From the NCBI GenBank assembly GCA_963845515.1, contig CAWJSR010000002.1, forward strand, positions 144,555-208,554: 64,000 nt of DNA, read 5' to 3'. A program made the position numbers and the translations under genes. Under the pieces are notes generated by a model, which was given only the letters and a program-made list of their open reading frames with translations, ran no database searches and had not been told where the DNA came from. This stretch comes from an uncultured delta proteobacterium. GTDB lineage: Bacteria > Myxococcota > Myxococcia > Myxococcales > Anaeromyxobacteraceae. Below are positions 54,904 through 64,000 of the stretch, in pieces (positions within the stretch are counted from its first letter, which is position 1; the number at the start of each line of letters is the position of its first letter).

Positions 54904-56137
54904 ATGCTTGGTCGTCTCCTGGAAGCCTCGCTGCGCGCGTCCGTCGCGGACACGCCCGCCGTCTTCGTCGCCGGTGCCAGACAGTCAGGCAAGAGCACGC
55001 TCGTCCGTTCTTTCGCGGGAGGCGGAGCCGCGTGGCCCTACCGAACGCTCGACGACCTCGCAACGCTCGCGTCTGCGCGCGCCGATCCGCAGGGGTTCGT
55101 CGAAGCGCTCGGCGAACGGGCGATCCTCGACGAGGTCCAGCGAGCGCCGGAGCTCTTCATCCCGCTGAAGCGGTCCATCGACGCCGACCGACGGCCGGGA
55201 CGCTTCATCCTCACCGGCTCGGCCAACGTCCTCGTGCTGCCGCGCGTCGCGGAGAGCCTCGCCGGGCGCATGGAGATCCTCACGCTGTGGCCGCTCGCGC
55301 AGACGGAGCTCGAGGGGACCGCGCCGGGCTTCGTGGACGCCTGCTTCGCCGGCCGACCCGATCGGCTCCTGCCCGTGCCAGTGGACCGCGCCTCCCTCAT
55401 CGGACGCATGCTGCGCGGAGGGTATCCGGAGGCGGCCGGCCGCTCGCGGGAGGACGCACGCGAGCGCTGGTTCGACGCCTACCTCTCGACGCTCCTGCAG
55501 CGGGATCTGAGGGAGCTCGCGGCGATCGAGCGGATCGCCGAGATCCCGCGTCTCCTGGAGGCGGTGGCCATCCGAACGGGCGGCCTCCTCAACGTGGCTG
55601 ACCTCGGCCGGGCGCTCGGGATCAACCACATGACGCTGAAGCGCTACCTCGCGCTCCTCGAGGCCCTCTACCTCGTCGTGCGCCTGCCGCCGTGGTTCGA
55701 GAACGCTGGCAAGCGGCTCACGCGGACGGCGAAGCTCTATCTCAATGACGCCGGCCTCCTCGCCCATCTCCTCGGACTCGACGCAGGCGGTCTCGCCAAC
55801 CGGCCCGCCGACGGCTGGACCGCTCGCCGAGACCTTCGTCGTGACCGAGCTGCTCAAGCTCGCGCCGGTCTCGACGATCCGCCCGCGCCTCTTCCACTTC
55901 CGCACCAGCGCCGGCCATGAGGTGGACGTCGTCCTGGAGAGCCACCGGCGCCAGCTCGTCGGCGTGGAGGTGAAGGCGGGCGCCACCGTCACGTCCGCCG
56001 ACTTCAAGGGGCTCCGGGTCCTGCAGGAGCTCGCTGGGAAGCGCTTCGAGTGCGGCGTCGTGCTCTACGCCGGCCGGGAGATCCTGCCCTTCGGCCCGAA
56101 GCTCTGGGCGGCGCCGATGGCCAGCCTGTGGGCCTAG
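54904..56137 (+). CDS. AAA_14 ATPase with DUF4143 C-terminal domain (frameshift near 55810)
   Basis: Walker A GARQSGKST, Walker B LDEVQ, LTGS, ESLAGR, GGYPE; C-terminal EVD...EVK. Confidence 0.88.
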
Positions 56138-56139
56138 GC

Positions 56140-56170
56140 TTGATGTCGAATCACACGGGTGCTATTCGAC
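56140..56170 (+). promoter_or_regulatory. Promoter with overlapping inverted-repeat operator
   Basis: TTGATG-17 nt-TATTCG (with TGn); inverted repeat GTCGAAT (56145-56151) / ATTCGAC (56164-56170); ATG 6 nt after the -10. Confidence 0.55.
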
Positions 56171-56174
56171 CATC

Positions 56175-56819
56175 ATGTCCTCGACCGGCTTCAGCGCCGA
56201 CTCCGCGCGCCGACTCACCGGCGTCACCTACCGGCAGCTCGACTACTGGGACAAGACCGGCCTGGTCCGGCCGTCTGTCCGCGGCGCCAAGGGCAAGGGC
56301 TCGCGGCGCATCTACGCCTTTCAGGACGTCGTAGAGCTGCGGGTCGTCAGCCGGATGTTGGCGTCGGGAGTCTCGCTGCCGGCGGTCCGAAAGGCGGTTC
56401 GCTACCTCCAGCGTCACTTCGACCACGTGGCCCGCCCCCTGGCACAGCTGACGCTGGAGGCGAGCGGACGGAAGGTGCTCGTCCGCACCGACGAGTCCCG
56501 CCATCTGGTGGACGCGACGTCCGGCGGGCAGGTGGTCGTGACGGTGCCGGTGGCCGTGATCGCGCGGGAACTGGAGCAGAGCGTGGTGGAGTTGTCGGCC
56601 CCCCGCGAAGTCTCGTTCACGCTCCGCGGGCGGACCTACCGGGCCGTGCTCACGCCGGACCTCGAAGCCGGCGGCTTCACCGTCGAGGTCCCGGAGCTGC
56701 CGGGCGTCGTCACCGAGGCCGGCACGGTCGCCGAGGCTCGCCGGCTGGTACGTGAGGCCGCGACCCTCTGGCTCGACGTCCAGGCAGGTGCGACCTCCCG
56801 CGCTCGCGCTGCGCGGTAG
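56175..56819 (+). CDS. MerR-family HTH fused to a C-terminal HicB-like domain
   Basis: GVTYRQLDYWD.TGLVRPS...G.GSRR.Y.FQD; C-terminal GGFTVEVPELPGVVTEAGTVAEA...VREA..LWL. Confidence 0.75.
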   Translation: MSSTGFSADSARRLTGVTYRQLDYWDKTGLVRPSVRGAKGKGSRRIYAFQDVVELRVVSRMLASGVSLPAVRKAVRYLQRHFDHVARPLAQLTLEASGRKVLVRTDESRHLVDATSGGQVVVTVPVAVIARELEQSVVELSAPREVSFTLRGRTYRAVLTPDLEAGGFTVEVPELPGVVTEAGTVAEARRLVREAATLWLDVQAGATSRARAAR

Positions 56820-56882
56820 GCGTGGGGCGCCTCGCTCAGGTAGTCCCGCTGCGCATGCTCCGGCCTTTCAGCGGCCGGCGAC

Positions 56883-57794
56883 TCAGCCGCCAGCCTGCCG
56901 CGCCATCGCCGCCGCCACCCGGGACCTGTTCGGCGCCCCCACCGCCTCCGCGGCGAACCTTCCGGCGGCGACGAGCTTCTCCAGATCGACGCCGGTCTCG
57001 ACCCCCATCCCTTCGAAGAGCCAGACCAGCTCCTCGGTCGCCACGTTCCCGGCAGCGCCTGGCGCGTAGGGGCAGCCGCCGAGCCCAGCCACCGAGCCGT
57101 CGAAGGTCGTCACCCCCAGCTCGTACGAGGCGAGGACGTTCGCGACCGCCATCCCGTAGGTGTCGTGGAAGTGGCCTGCGAGCCGCTCGATCGGGATGGC
57201 GGCCGCGCAGGCCTCGATCATCCAGCGGACCGTCTCCGGGTTGCCCCTGCCGACGGTGTCGCCCAGGGAGAGCTCCTCGCATCCGACCTCCCAAAGCCCC
57301 TTCGCTGCGGCCGCTGCCCGCTTCGGGTCGATGGGGCCCTCGTACGGGCAGGCGACGGCGCAGGAGAGGTAGCCGCGGACCCGGACCCCCTCGGCGCGCG
57401 CCCGCTCCACCACCGGCCCGAAGCGGGCGAGGCTCTCCGCGATGGAGCAGTTGATGTTCTTCCTGGAGAAGGTCTCGGACGCCGATCCGAAGATGGCGAT
57501 CTCGCGCGCCCCGGCGGCGAGCGCCTCCTCGAGCCCGCGCAGGTTCGGCACCAGGACTGGGTAAGCGACGCCCGGCCTGCGCCGGATTCCCCGCAGCACC
57601 TCCGCCCCGTCCGCCAGCTGCGGCACCCACCGCGGCGACACGAACGAGGTCGCCTCGACCGCCCCGAGCCCCGCGTCCGCCAGCCGCTCGATGAGCGCGA
57701 TCTTGATCGCCGCCGGGACGAGCCGCGCCTCGGCCTGGAGCCCGTCGCGCGGGCTCACCTCCACGATCCGGACGCTGGCCGGCCGCCGGATCAT
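56883..57794 (-). CDS. liuE: Hydroxymethylglutaryl-CoA lyase
   Basis: EVSPRDGLQ, SFVSPRWVPQLAD, HFHDTYG, GLGGCPYAPGA.GN.ATE. Confidence 0.93.
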   Translation of the reverse strand: MIRRPASVRIVEVSPRDGLQAEARLVPAAIKIALIERLADAGLGAVEATSFVSPRWVPQLADGAEVLRGIRRRPGVAYPVLVPNLRGLEEALAAGAREIAIFGSASETFSRKNINCSIAESLARFGPVVERARAEGVRVRGYLSCAVACPYEGPIDPKRAAAAAKGLWEVGCEELSLGDTVGRGNPETVRWMIEACAAAIPIERLAGHFHDTYGMAVANVLASYELGVTTFDGSVAGLGGCPYAPGAAGNVATEELVWLFEGMGVETGVDLEKLVAAGRFAAEAVGAPNRSRVAAAMARQAGG

Positions 57795-58585
57795 CCCGCG
57801 CTCCACCGCGGCTTCCGCTTCTCCAGGAAGGCCGCGATCCCCTCCTGCCCCTCGGGCGAGGCGCGGACGCGCGCGAGCGTTCGGGAGGTCTCGTCGATCA
57901 GCAGGCCGTCGATCGGGCGGTTGCGGAGGGCCCTGACCAGCGCCTTGGCCTCCCGCATCGCCGCCGGCCCGCTCGCCGACAGGGCTTCGAGGATGCGGCC
58001 GACCAGCGCGTCCAGCGCCGCGCCGTCCGGCGCGACCTCGGAGATCAGGCCGATCCGGTGCGCCTCCTCTGCGGAGAAGCGCTCACCCGTGAGGAAGTAG
58101 CGGCGCGCCGCCCGCTCGCCGATGGTCGCGACGACGTACGGTCCGATGACGGCTGGGACCAGCCCGAGCCTGGCCTCGGAGAAGGCGAACCTGGCGCCCG
58201 GGCCGGCGACGGCGACGTCGCACGCGGCGATGAGCCCGACCCCGCCGCCGTAGGCCGCCCCATGCACGCGCGCGACGGTCGGCTTCTCGCACTGGTCGAG
58301 CACCGAGAGGAGCGTCGCCAGCCGGTGCGCGTCGACGACACCCTCGTCGGGACCCAGCGCCGCTGCCCGCTTCATCCACTCGAGGTCGGCGCCCGCGCAG
58401 AAGCTCTCGCCGGCAGCCTGGAACAGGATCACGCGCGCGGCGCCGTCGGCCTCCAGGGCGCGGATGGCCTCGGTCAGCTCGTGGATCATCCGCTCGTCGA
58501 AGGCGTTGTGCCGGTCCGGACGGGCGAGTGTCACGACGCCAGCGTGGCCCCGCAGCTCCAGCTCGACGGTGGTGGCGTGGGGCAT
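57791..58585 (-). CDS. liuC: Methylglutaconyl-CoA hydratase (crotonase family)
   Basis: HNAFD, FCAGADL.WM, GGGVGL, FSEARLGL.PAVI.PYV; lies between liuB and liuE. Confidence 0.85.
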   Translation of the reverse strand: MPHATTVELELRGHAGVVTLARPDRHNAFDERMIHELTEAIRALEADGAARVILFQAAGESFCAGADLEWMKRAAALGPDEGVVDAHRLATLLSVLDQCEKPTVARVHGAAYGGGVGLIAACDVAVAGPGARFAFSEARLGLVPAVIGPYVVATIGERAARRYFLTGERFSAEEAHRIGLISEVAPDGAALDALVGRILEALSASGPAAMREAKALVRALRNRPIDGLLIDETSRTLARVRASPEGQEGIAAFLEKRKPRWSAG

Positions 58586-58591
58586 GGGGGT

Positions 58592-60199
58592 TCACATCCT
58601 GAAGACGCCGAAGCGGGTCGCCTCGGGCGGCGCGTTGGAGGCCGCAGAGAGGCCGAGGGTGAGGAAGCGGCGGGTCTCCGCCGGATCGATCACGCCGTCG
58701 TCCCAGAGCCGCGCCGAGGCGTAGTAGGGGTGCCCCTGCGCCTCGTACTGCTCCCTGAGGGGCGCCTTGAAGGCCTCCTCCTCCTGCGGGCTCCAGCTCT
58801 TCCCCTGCGCCTCCAGCCCGTCGCGCTTCACCCGGGCGAGGACGCTCGCCGCCTGCTCACCCCCCATGACGGAGATGCGCGCGTTGGGCCACATCCAGAG
58901 GAAGCGGGGGCCGTAGGCGCGTCCGCACATGGCGTAGTTCCCTGCGCCGAACGACCCGCCAATGACGACGGTGAGCTTCGGCACGCGGGCGCAGGCGACC
59001 GCGGTCACGAGCTTGGCGCCGTCCCGGGCGATGCCGGCGTTCTCCACCTTCTTGCCGACCATGAAGCCCGTGACGTTCTGGAGGAAGACGAGCGGCACGC
59101 CGCGCCCCGCGCAGAGCTCGATGAAGTGGGCCCCCTTGAGCGACGACTCGGAGAAGAGGACGCCGTTGTTGCCGACGATGCCCACGAGCTGCCCGTCGAG
59201 CCGGGCGAACCCGCAGACCAGCGTGACCCCGTAGCGCGCCTTGAACTCGTCGAAGTCCGAGCCGTCCACAAGCCGCGCGATCACCTCGCGGACGTCGAAG
59301 GGCTTGCGCAGGTCCGCCGGGACGGCGCCGTACAGCTCCTCGGCCGGGTAGAGCGGCTCCGCTGGCGGCAGGAGGTTTGGCACGGCAGGCTTCTGCCAGT
59401 TGAGGTTGGCGACGCACCGGCGAGCGAGCGCCAGCGCGTGGGCGTCGTCCTCGGCGAGGTGATCCGCGACCCCCGACACCCGCGTGTGGACGTCCGCACC
59501 ACCCAGCTCCTCCGCGGTCACCGTCTCGCCTATGGCTGCCTTCACGAGCGGCGGACCGCCGATGAAGATGGTCCCCTGGTTCCGGACGATGATCGCCTCG
59601 TCGCTCATCGCCGGGACGTAGGCCCCGCCCGCGGTGCAGGAGCCCATCACCACCGCGATCTGGGGGATCCCGCGCGCCGAGAGGCTCGCCTGGTTGTAGA
59701 AGATCCGGCCGAAGTGCTCGCGGTCCGGGAAGACCTCGTCCTGCAGGGGGAGGAAGGCGCCTCCTGAGTCGACGAGGTAGATGCACGGCAGCCGGTTCTG
59801 CTCCGCCACCTCCTGCGCCCGCAGGTGCTTCTTCACGGTCATCGGGTAGTAGGTGCCGCCCTTCACCGTGGCGTCGTTCGCGACGATCACGCACTCGACG
59901 CCGCTCACCCTCCCCACGCCAGTGATGATGGACGCCGCCGGGACGTCGCCCCCGTACATGCCCCAGGCAGCGAGCGGCGAGAGCTCCAGGAACTGGCTGC
60001 CAGGATCGACGAGCGCCTCGACGCGGGCGCGCGGCAGGAGCTTCCCCCGGGCGAGGTGCTTCCGTCGCGCCGCCTCCGGGCCACCGCCGGACACCGCGGC
60101 CAGATCGGTCCGGAGCTGCTCGACGAGCCGCCGCATCGCGTCGGCGTTGGCGCGGAATTCGGGACCGCTCTGGGTCAGGGCCGTGCGCAGGATCGCCAT
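58592..60199 (-). CDS. liuB: Methylcrotonyl-CoA carboxylase carboxyltransferase subunit
   Basis: [52 protein letters not shown]. Confidence 0.93.
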   Translation of the reverse strand: MAILRTALTQSGPEFRANADAMRRLVEQLRTDLAAVSGGGPEAARRKHLARGKLLPRARVEALVDPGSQFLELSPLAAWGMYGGDVPAASIITGVGRVSGVECVIVANDATVKGGTYYPMTVKKHLRAQEVAEQNRLPCIYLVDSGGAFLPLQDEVFPDREHFGRIFYNQASLSARGIPQIAVVMGSCTAGGAYVPAMSDEAIIVRNQGTIFIGGPPLVKAAIGETVTAEELGGADVHTRVSGVADHLAEDDAHALALARRCVANLNWQKPAVPNLLPPAEPLYPAEELYGAVPADLRKPFDVREVIARLVDGSDFDEFKARYGVTLVCGFARLDGQLVGIVGNNGVLFSESSLKGAHFIELCAGRGVPLVFLQNVTGFMVGKKVENAGIARDGAKLVTAVACARVPKLTVVIGGSFGAGNYAMCGRAYGPRFLWMWPNARISVMGGEQAASVLARVKRDGLEAQGKSWSPQEEEAFKAPLREQYEAQGHPYYASARLWDDGVIDPAETRRFLTLGLSAASNAPPEATRFGVFRM

Positions 60200-60336
60200 G
60201 GGTCGCCTCAAGGAGAGCACCGTTTTCTCCCGGAGTCACCGGCACGCCCGTCGGGGTGCAGCCGCGCTGCGGGGTTGCCACGGGCGGCGACCGCTAGCAG
60301 ATTCCAGCTCACCCCCTTCCGACCAGAGGACCCACG

Positions 60337-61389
60337 ATGCCCGAGATCCCCGCCTACGCCGCCATCGCCGCCGGCCAGCCGCTCGTTCCCTTCGCCGTCG
60401 AGCGGCGCGAGCCCGGCCCCCGCGACGTCGAGCTCGACATCCTCTTCTGCGGCGTCTGCCACTCCGACATCCACCAGGCGCGCGCCGAGTGGGGGGGCGA
60501 GCTCTTCCCCATGGTGCCTGGGCACGAGATCGTCGGCCGCGTCCTCAGGGTGGGCAAGGAGGTCGGCCGCTTCGCGGCCGGCGACCTCGTGGGCGTGGGC
60601 TGCATGGTCGACTCCTGCCGCGAGTGCGGGCCGTGCCGGCAGGACCTCGAGCAGTTCTGCGAGAGGGGCGCGGCCATGACGTACAACGGCACCGAGATGG
60701 ACCGGCGGACGCCGACGTACGGCGGCTACTCGACGCGAGTCGTCGTGGAGGAGCGGTTCGTCCTCAAGGTCCCCGCCGGGCTGGACCCTGCGGGCGTCGC
60801 GCCGCTCCTCTGCGCGGGCATCACGACCTGGTCGCCGCTCAGGCAGTGGAGCTGCAAGGCCGGCGACAGCGTCGCCGTGGTCGGGCTCGGCGGCCTCGGT
60901 CACATGGCGGTGAAGCTCGCCAGCTCCATGGGGGCGGAGGTGACGGTGCTCAGCACCTCCCGCGGCAAGGAGCCCGACGCGCGGCGGCTGGGCGCGCGTG
61001 GCTTCGAGGTGACGACCGAGAAGGGCGTCTTCAAGGCGCTGGCGGGTCGCTTCGACCTGATCATCGACACCATCTCGGCGCAGCACGACTACGACAAGTA
61101 CCTGGGAACCCTGCGACCCCGCGGCACGATGGTGCTGCTCGGGGTCCCGACCCAGCCGACCCCGGTCCACGCCTTCTCGCTCATCCAGGGGAACAGGCGG
61201 CTCGTCGGCTCGCTCATCGGCGGCATCGCGGAGACGCAGGAGATGCTCGACTACTGCGGCAAGAAGAAGATCGTCTCGGACGTCGAGGTCATCCCGATCC
61301 AGAAGATCAACGAGGCCTACGAGCGGACCATCAGGGGGGACGTCCGGTACCGGTTCGTGATCGACATCGCGAGCCTGCGGGGGAAGTGA
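60337..61389 (+). CDS. Zn-dependent NAD(P) alcohol dehydrogenase (YahK/cinnamyl-ADH-like)
   Basis: CGVCHSD, GHE, four structural Cys, GLGGLG, YRFVID. Confidence 0.93.
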   Translation: MPEIPAYAAIAAGQPLVPFAVERREPGPRDVELDILFCGVCHSDIHQARAEWGGELFPMVPGHEIVGRVLRVGKEVGRFAAGDLVGVGCMVDSCRECGPCRQDLEQFCERGAAMTYNGTEMDRRTPTYGGYSTRVVVEERFVLKVPAGLDPAGVAPLLCAGITTWSPLRQWSCKAGDSVAVVGLGGLGHMAVKLASSMGAEVTVLSTSRGKEPDARRLGARGFEVTTEKGVFKALAGRFDLIIDTISAQHDYDKYLGTLRPRGTMVLLGVPTQPTPVHAFSLIQGNRRLVGSLIGGIAETQEMLDYCGKKKIVSDVEVIPIQKINEAYERTIRGDVRYRFVIDIASLRGK

Positions 61390-61517
61390 CGCGCGTCACG
61401 CGGGCGCCGACGGAGCGCCTTCGCTGGCTGCGCACTTGCCGGATCGTGACAGCTCCGGGAGAATCGCCGGCGTCCGCCTTCGCCCATCCCGGGCGGAGGC
61501 CAACCAGGGATACCCCG

Positions 61518-62502
61518 ATGAACTGGATCACCTGCTCCGGCTGCGGCCTGAAGCACTCGCCCCGCCCGGATGGCCTCTGCCCGCGCTGCCGCACGCGCGT
61601 GGCCGAGCCCGGCGCCGGGCCAGCCGGCTCGTCTCCGGCCTTCCCGGGCGCGGCCCAGTCCTTCGCCGTCCGCGCCCTCCTCCTTCTCCGCGCCGGGCGC
61701 GCCGCCGCTCATCGCGACGCCGGTGGAGCACGGCGACGCGTCCCTCCTCGCGGTGGGTCCGCTGGTCTCCCGGACCTTCTCGGTCTGGTGGGCGCACGTC
61801 GGCAAGTTCACGGCGCTCCTGGTGCTCGCCTACGTGCCATTCATCATCGCCGGCGCGGTGGGAGCGGCTGCCGCGGTCGCGCTGAAGGGAGGACGCTCAG
61901 TCGGTGGCGGCGGCGTCGCCGCGCTCATCGCCGTCATCGTCGTCGCGGCGGTGGCAGGGCTCGTGCTCGTGCTCTGTGCGATGGGGGGCCTGGCCTTCGG
62001 CACGCTCCAGCACCTCGCCGCTCGCCCGGTGACCTTCGGCTCGATGTTCGCCGCCGGCTACCGCCGCGCCGGGCCGCTCCTCGCGGTCACCCTCCTGTCG
62101 TACCTGCTGGTCCTGGTGGGGCTCGTCGCCCTCGTGGTTCCGGGGATCATCCTCGGCCTCGGGCTCGCCCTGGTCTTCCCCGTCGTCATGACCGAGCCCG
62201 ACCTCGGCGCCGTCGAGGTGATGAAGCGGAGCTTCGCCCTGACGAAGGGGAGCAGGTGGAGCCTCTTCGGCGCGCTGTTCGTCGTCTTCCTCGCGATGTG
62301 GGGCGCGTCGCTGGCTGGCAACCTCCTGGGGGCCGCCCTGAAGTCCAGCCAGCTCGCGGCCGGCGCGGCGATGGTCCTCTCCGTGGTGATCCAGGTCTCC
62401 ATGTCGACCCTCTCCAGCGTGCTCTGCGCGGTCGCGTACCACGACCTGCGGCTCGCCAAGGAGGGCGTGGACACCTCCGACCTGGCGAAGGTCTTCGAGT
62501 AG
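61518..62502 (+). CDS. Membrane protein with N-terminal zinc ribbon (frameshift near 61600-61670)
   Basis: MNWITCSGCG...CPRC then several TMs; RSF.LTKG.RW; YHDLR..KEG. Confidence 0.65.
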
Positions 62503-62512
62503 CCCGGCGTCC

Positions 62513-63415
62513 TCAGCCCCGATCGTGCTTGTCGGTGCGGCGCCTCCCGAAGAGGAGGCGCCGCTCCAGCCTCCCGCGGAGCGCGGCGTAGAAGGCGTCG
62601 AGGAACTGATCGTCCCTGACGCGCGCCCCCTCCCAGCCGATCTTCTCCCGCACCTTCGCGGCCACCGTCCGCACCGCCTCCTCGTGGCCCGGCTTTCCGC
62701 GCCCGCGCAGCACCCCCTCCAGCACGTGCAGCTCGTACTCGCCGTAGACGTCGAGCTGCTCGTCGGTGAAGGCGAGCTCCTCCGGGGCGCGCTCGCTGGA
62801 GAGGTCCTGGAGGAGCAGCGCGTCGGGGGTTCGCACGACCACCGTCCCCGCGACGAGGTCGCCGACCCGGAGCCGGTCCCGGTTGAAGAGCGGCAGGAAG
62901 CCGAAGAGCAGCATCCAGGCGAGCGTCGCCAGCACGGCCCACCCAGGCGCGCCGGGGAAGAGCAGCCCGGGCGCGAACAGCGCCGCCATCGGGAGGAAGA
63001 GCTCCACCTCGCGCGTCAGGTTGCGCGCGATGATCGCCTCGGCCGTCAGGGGCCCGCCGCGGCCGTCCACCGCCCGGATGCGGAGCCGCCGCTTCCCCGG
63101 CGTCTGCCCCTGCCAGGAGAGCTCGAAGAAGACGAAGTAGAAGGTCCGGACGAGGAAGATCGCGAGGACCGCGATGGCGAGGACGAGGTCCCCCTCCATC
63201 AGCCCCCTGGACGCGAGGATCCCGAGCGGGATCACGATGGCGAGCAGGACGGCGCCGATGATCGCGACGTCGAGCAGGAAGGCGCCCATCCGATCGCCCG
63301 CGAGCGCCACCGTGAACCGGATCGGCACGCCCTCCGGCGTCACCACCTCACGCAGCCGCTCCCCGTGCGCCCCAGCCGGCGCCGGCGGCGCCGTCGTCGC
63401 CTTGGCGCGCGTCAC
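62513..63415 (-). CDS. RDD-family membrane protein
   Basis: TPEGV, DR..AFLLD, GQTPGKR, RN..R, R.GDLVAGT.VV. Confidence 0.88.
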   Translation of the reverse strand: MTRAKATTAPPAPAGAHGERLREVVTPEGVPIRFTVALAGDRMGAFLLDVAIIGAVLLAIVIPLGILASRGLMEGDLVLAIAVLAIFLVRTFYFVFFELSWQGQTPGKRRLRIRAVDGRGGPLTAEAIIARNLTREVELFLPMAALFAPGLLFPGAPGWAVLATLAWMLLFGFLPLFNRDRLRVGDLVAGTVVVRTPDALLLQDLSSERAPEELAFTDEQLDVYGEYELHVLEGVLRGRGKPGHEEAVRTVAAKVREKIGWEGARVRDDQFLDAFYAALRGRLERRLLFGRRRTDKHDRG

Positions 63416-64000
63416 GGCCGCTCCCGTCCGCTCGTCGCGAGCCACGAGAAGAGGACCCCCGCGGTCCCGAAGGCCACCGCGTAGCGGACCGGGACCGCGT
63501 GGACGAGCTGCCGGAAGATCCCCTCGATGAGCGCCGCCACGAAGAAGAGCGCCACGGCGCCGAGCGCGACCACGCTCGCCTCCCGCCCTCGCCGCGCCAG
63601 CCCCGCCAGCCGCTCCTCCCGGCCGGGGAAGAGGAGCGCCTGCCCCAGCGCGAGCCCCGCCGCGCCACACAGCGCGACCGCCGTGAGCTCGGTCACGCCG
63701 TGCGGGAGGAGCCACGCCCAGAACTCGAGCCCCAGCCCCCGCCCGCCGTAGAGCGCCCCGAACGCGCCGAGCACGAGCCCGTTGGAGAAGACCAGCAGCG
63801 CCGAAGGCACCCCGCCGGCGAAGCCGACCGCGAACGCCAGCAGCCCGACCCGCGCGTTGTTCTGGAAGAGGAACATCGCGAACGTCTTGAGGAGCGTCGC
63901 GGCGTCCTTCTTCGCGTAGAGGACCTCCTTGAGCGACTCGGTGGACGAGGCAGGGCCGCGCCCCTGCGCGTAGCCCGACCCGACGAAGGCGTAGAACCGC
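63412..64000 (-). CDS. SpoIIM-family membrane protein (5' part outside the window)
   Basis: LFQNN..V, NG..LG, LLPHG.TEL, AALIEG; adjacent to the RDD gene. Confidence 0.8.
   Translation of the reverse strand, partial: RFYAFVGSGYAQGRGPASSTESLKEVLYAKKDAATLLKTFAMFLFQNNARVGLLAFAVGFAGGVPSALLVFSNGLVLGAFGALYGGRGLGLEFWAWLLPHGVTELTAVALCGAAGLALGQALLFPGREERLAGLARRGREASVVALGAVALFFVAALIEGIFRQLVHAVPVRYAVAFGTAGVLFSWLATSGRERP

Noticed and set aside
63412..64000. Endospore formation implied by the SpoIIM name
   Set aside because: SpoIIM-family and RDD pairs are common in non-sporulating bacteria, and no other spo genes are present

Overview
Very GC-rich bacterial chromosome segment whose gene content (MshEN, DUF4388, multi-domain DsbA, Cys-rich lipoprotein) points to Myxococcota, probably Anaeromyxobacter-like; this is an inference. 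It is mostly housekeeping: phoBR-like pair, envelope genes, ppdK, tusA with a PP-loop thiolase, panD-trpEGDCFBA, and branched-chain acyl-CoA genes (icmA-like, acd, scoAB, liuBCE). Accessory patches include hipBA, an RHH/RelE pair, an RND pump, a DUF4143 ATPase and a MerR-HicB fusion. About 14 genes carry small indels, including trpC, best explained as long-read consensus errors. No rRNA, tRNA, CRISPR array, integrase or transposase was seen. The top finding is an unannotated 26-aa Trp-Trp leader peptide (49178-49258, minus) with its own promoter and mutually exclusive hairpins. It lies upstream of a SAM methyltransferase rather than the trp operon. trpE has no in-frame start codon and is preceded by a prfB-like CTT-TGG-C +1 slip site, which may be an artefact. 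Also notable is an 875-aa class III nucleotidyl-cyclase-like protein with non-canonical base-specificity residues.
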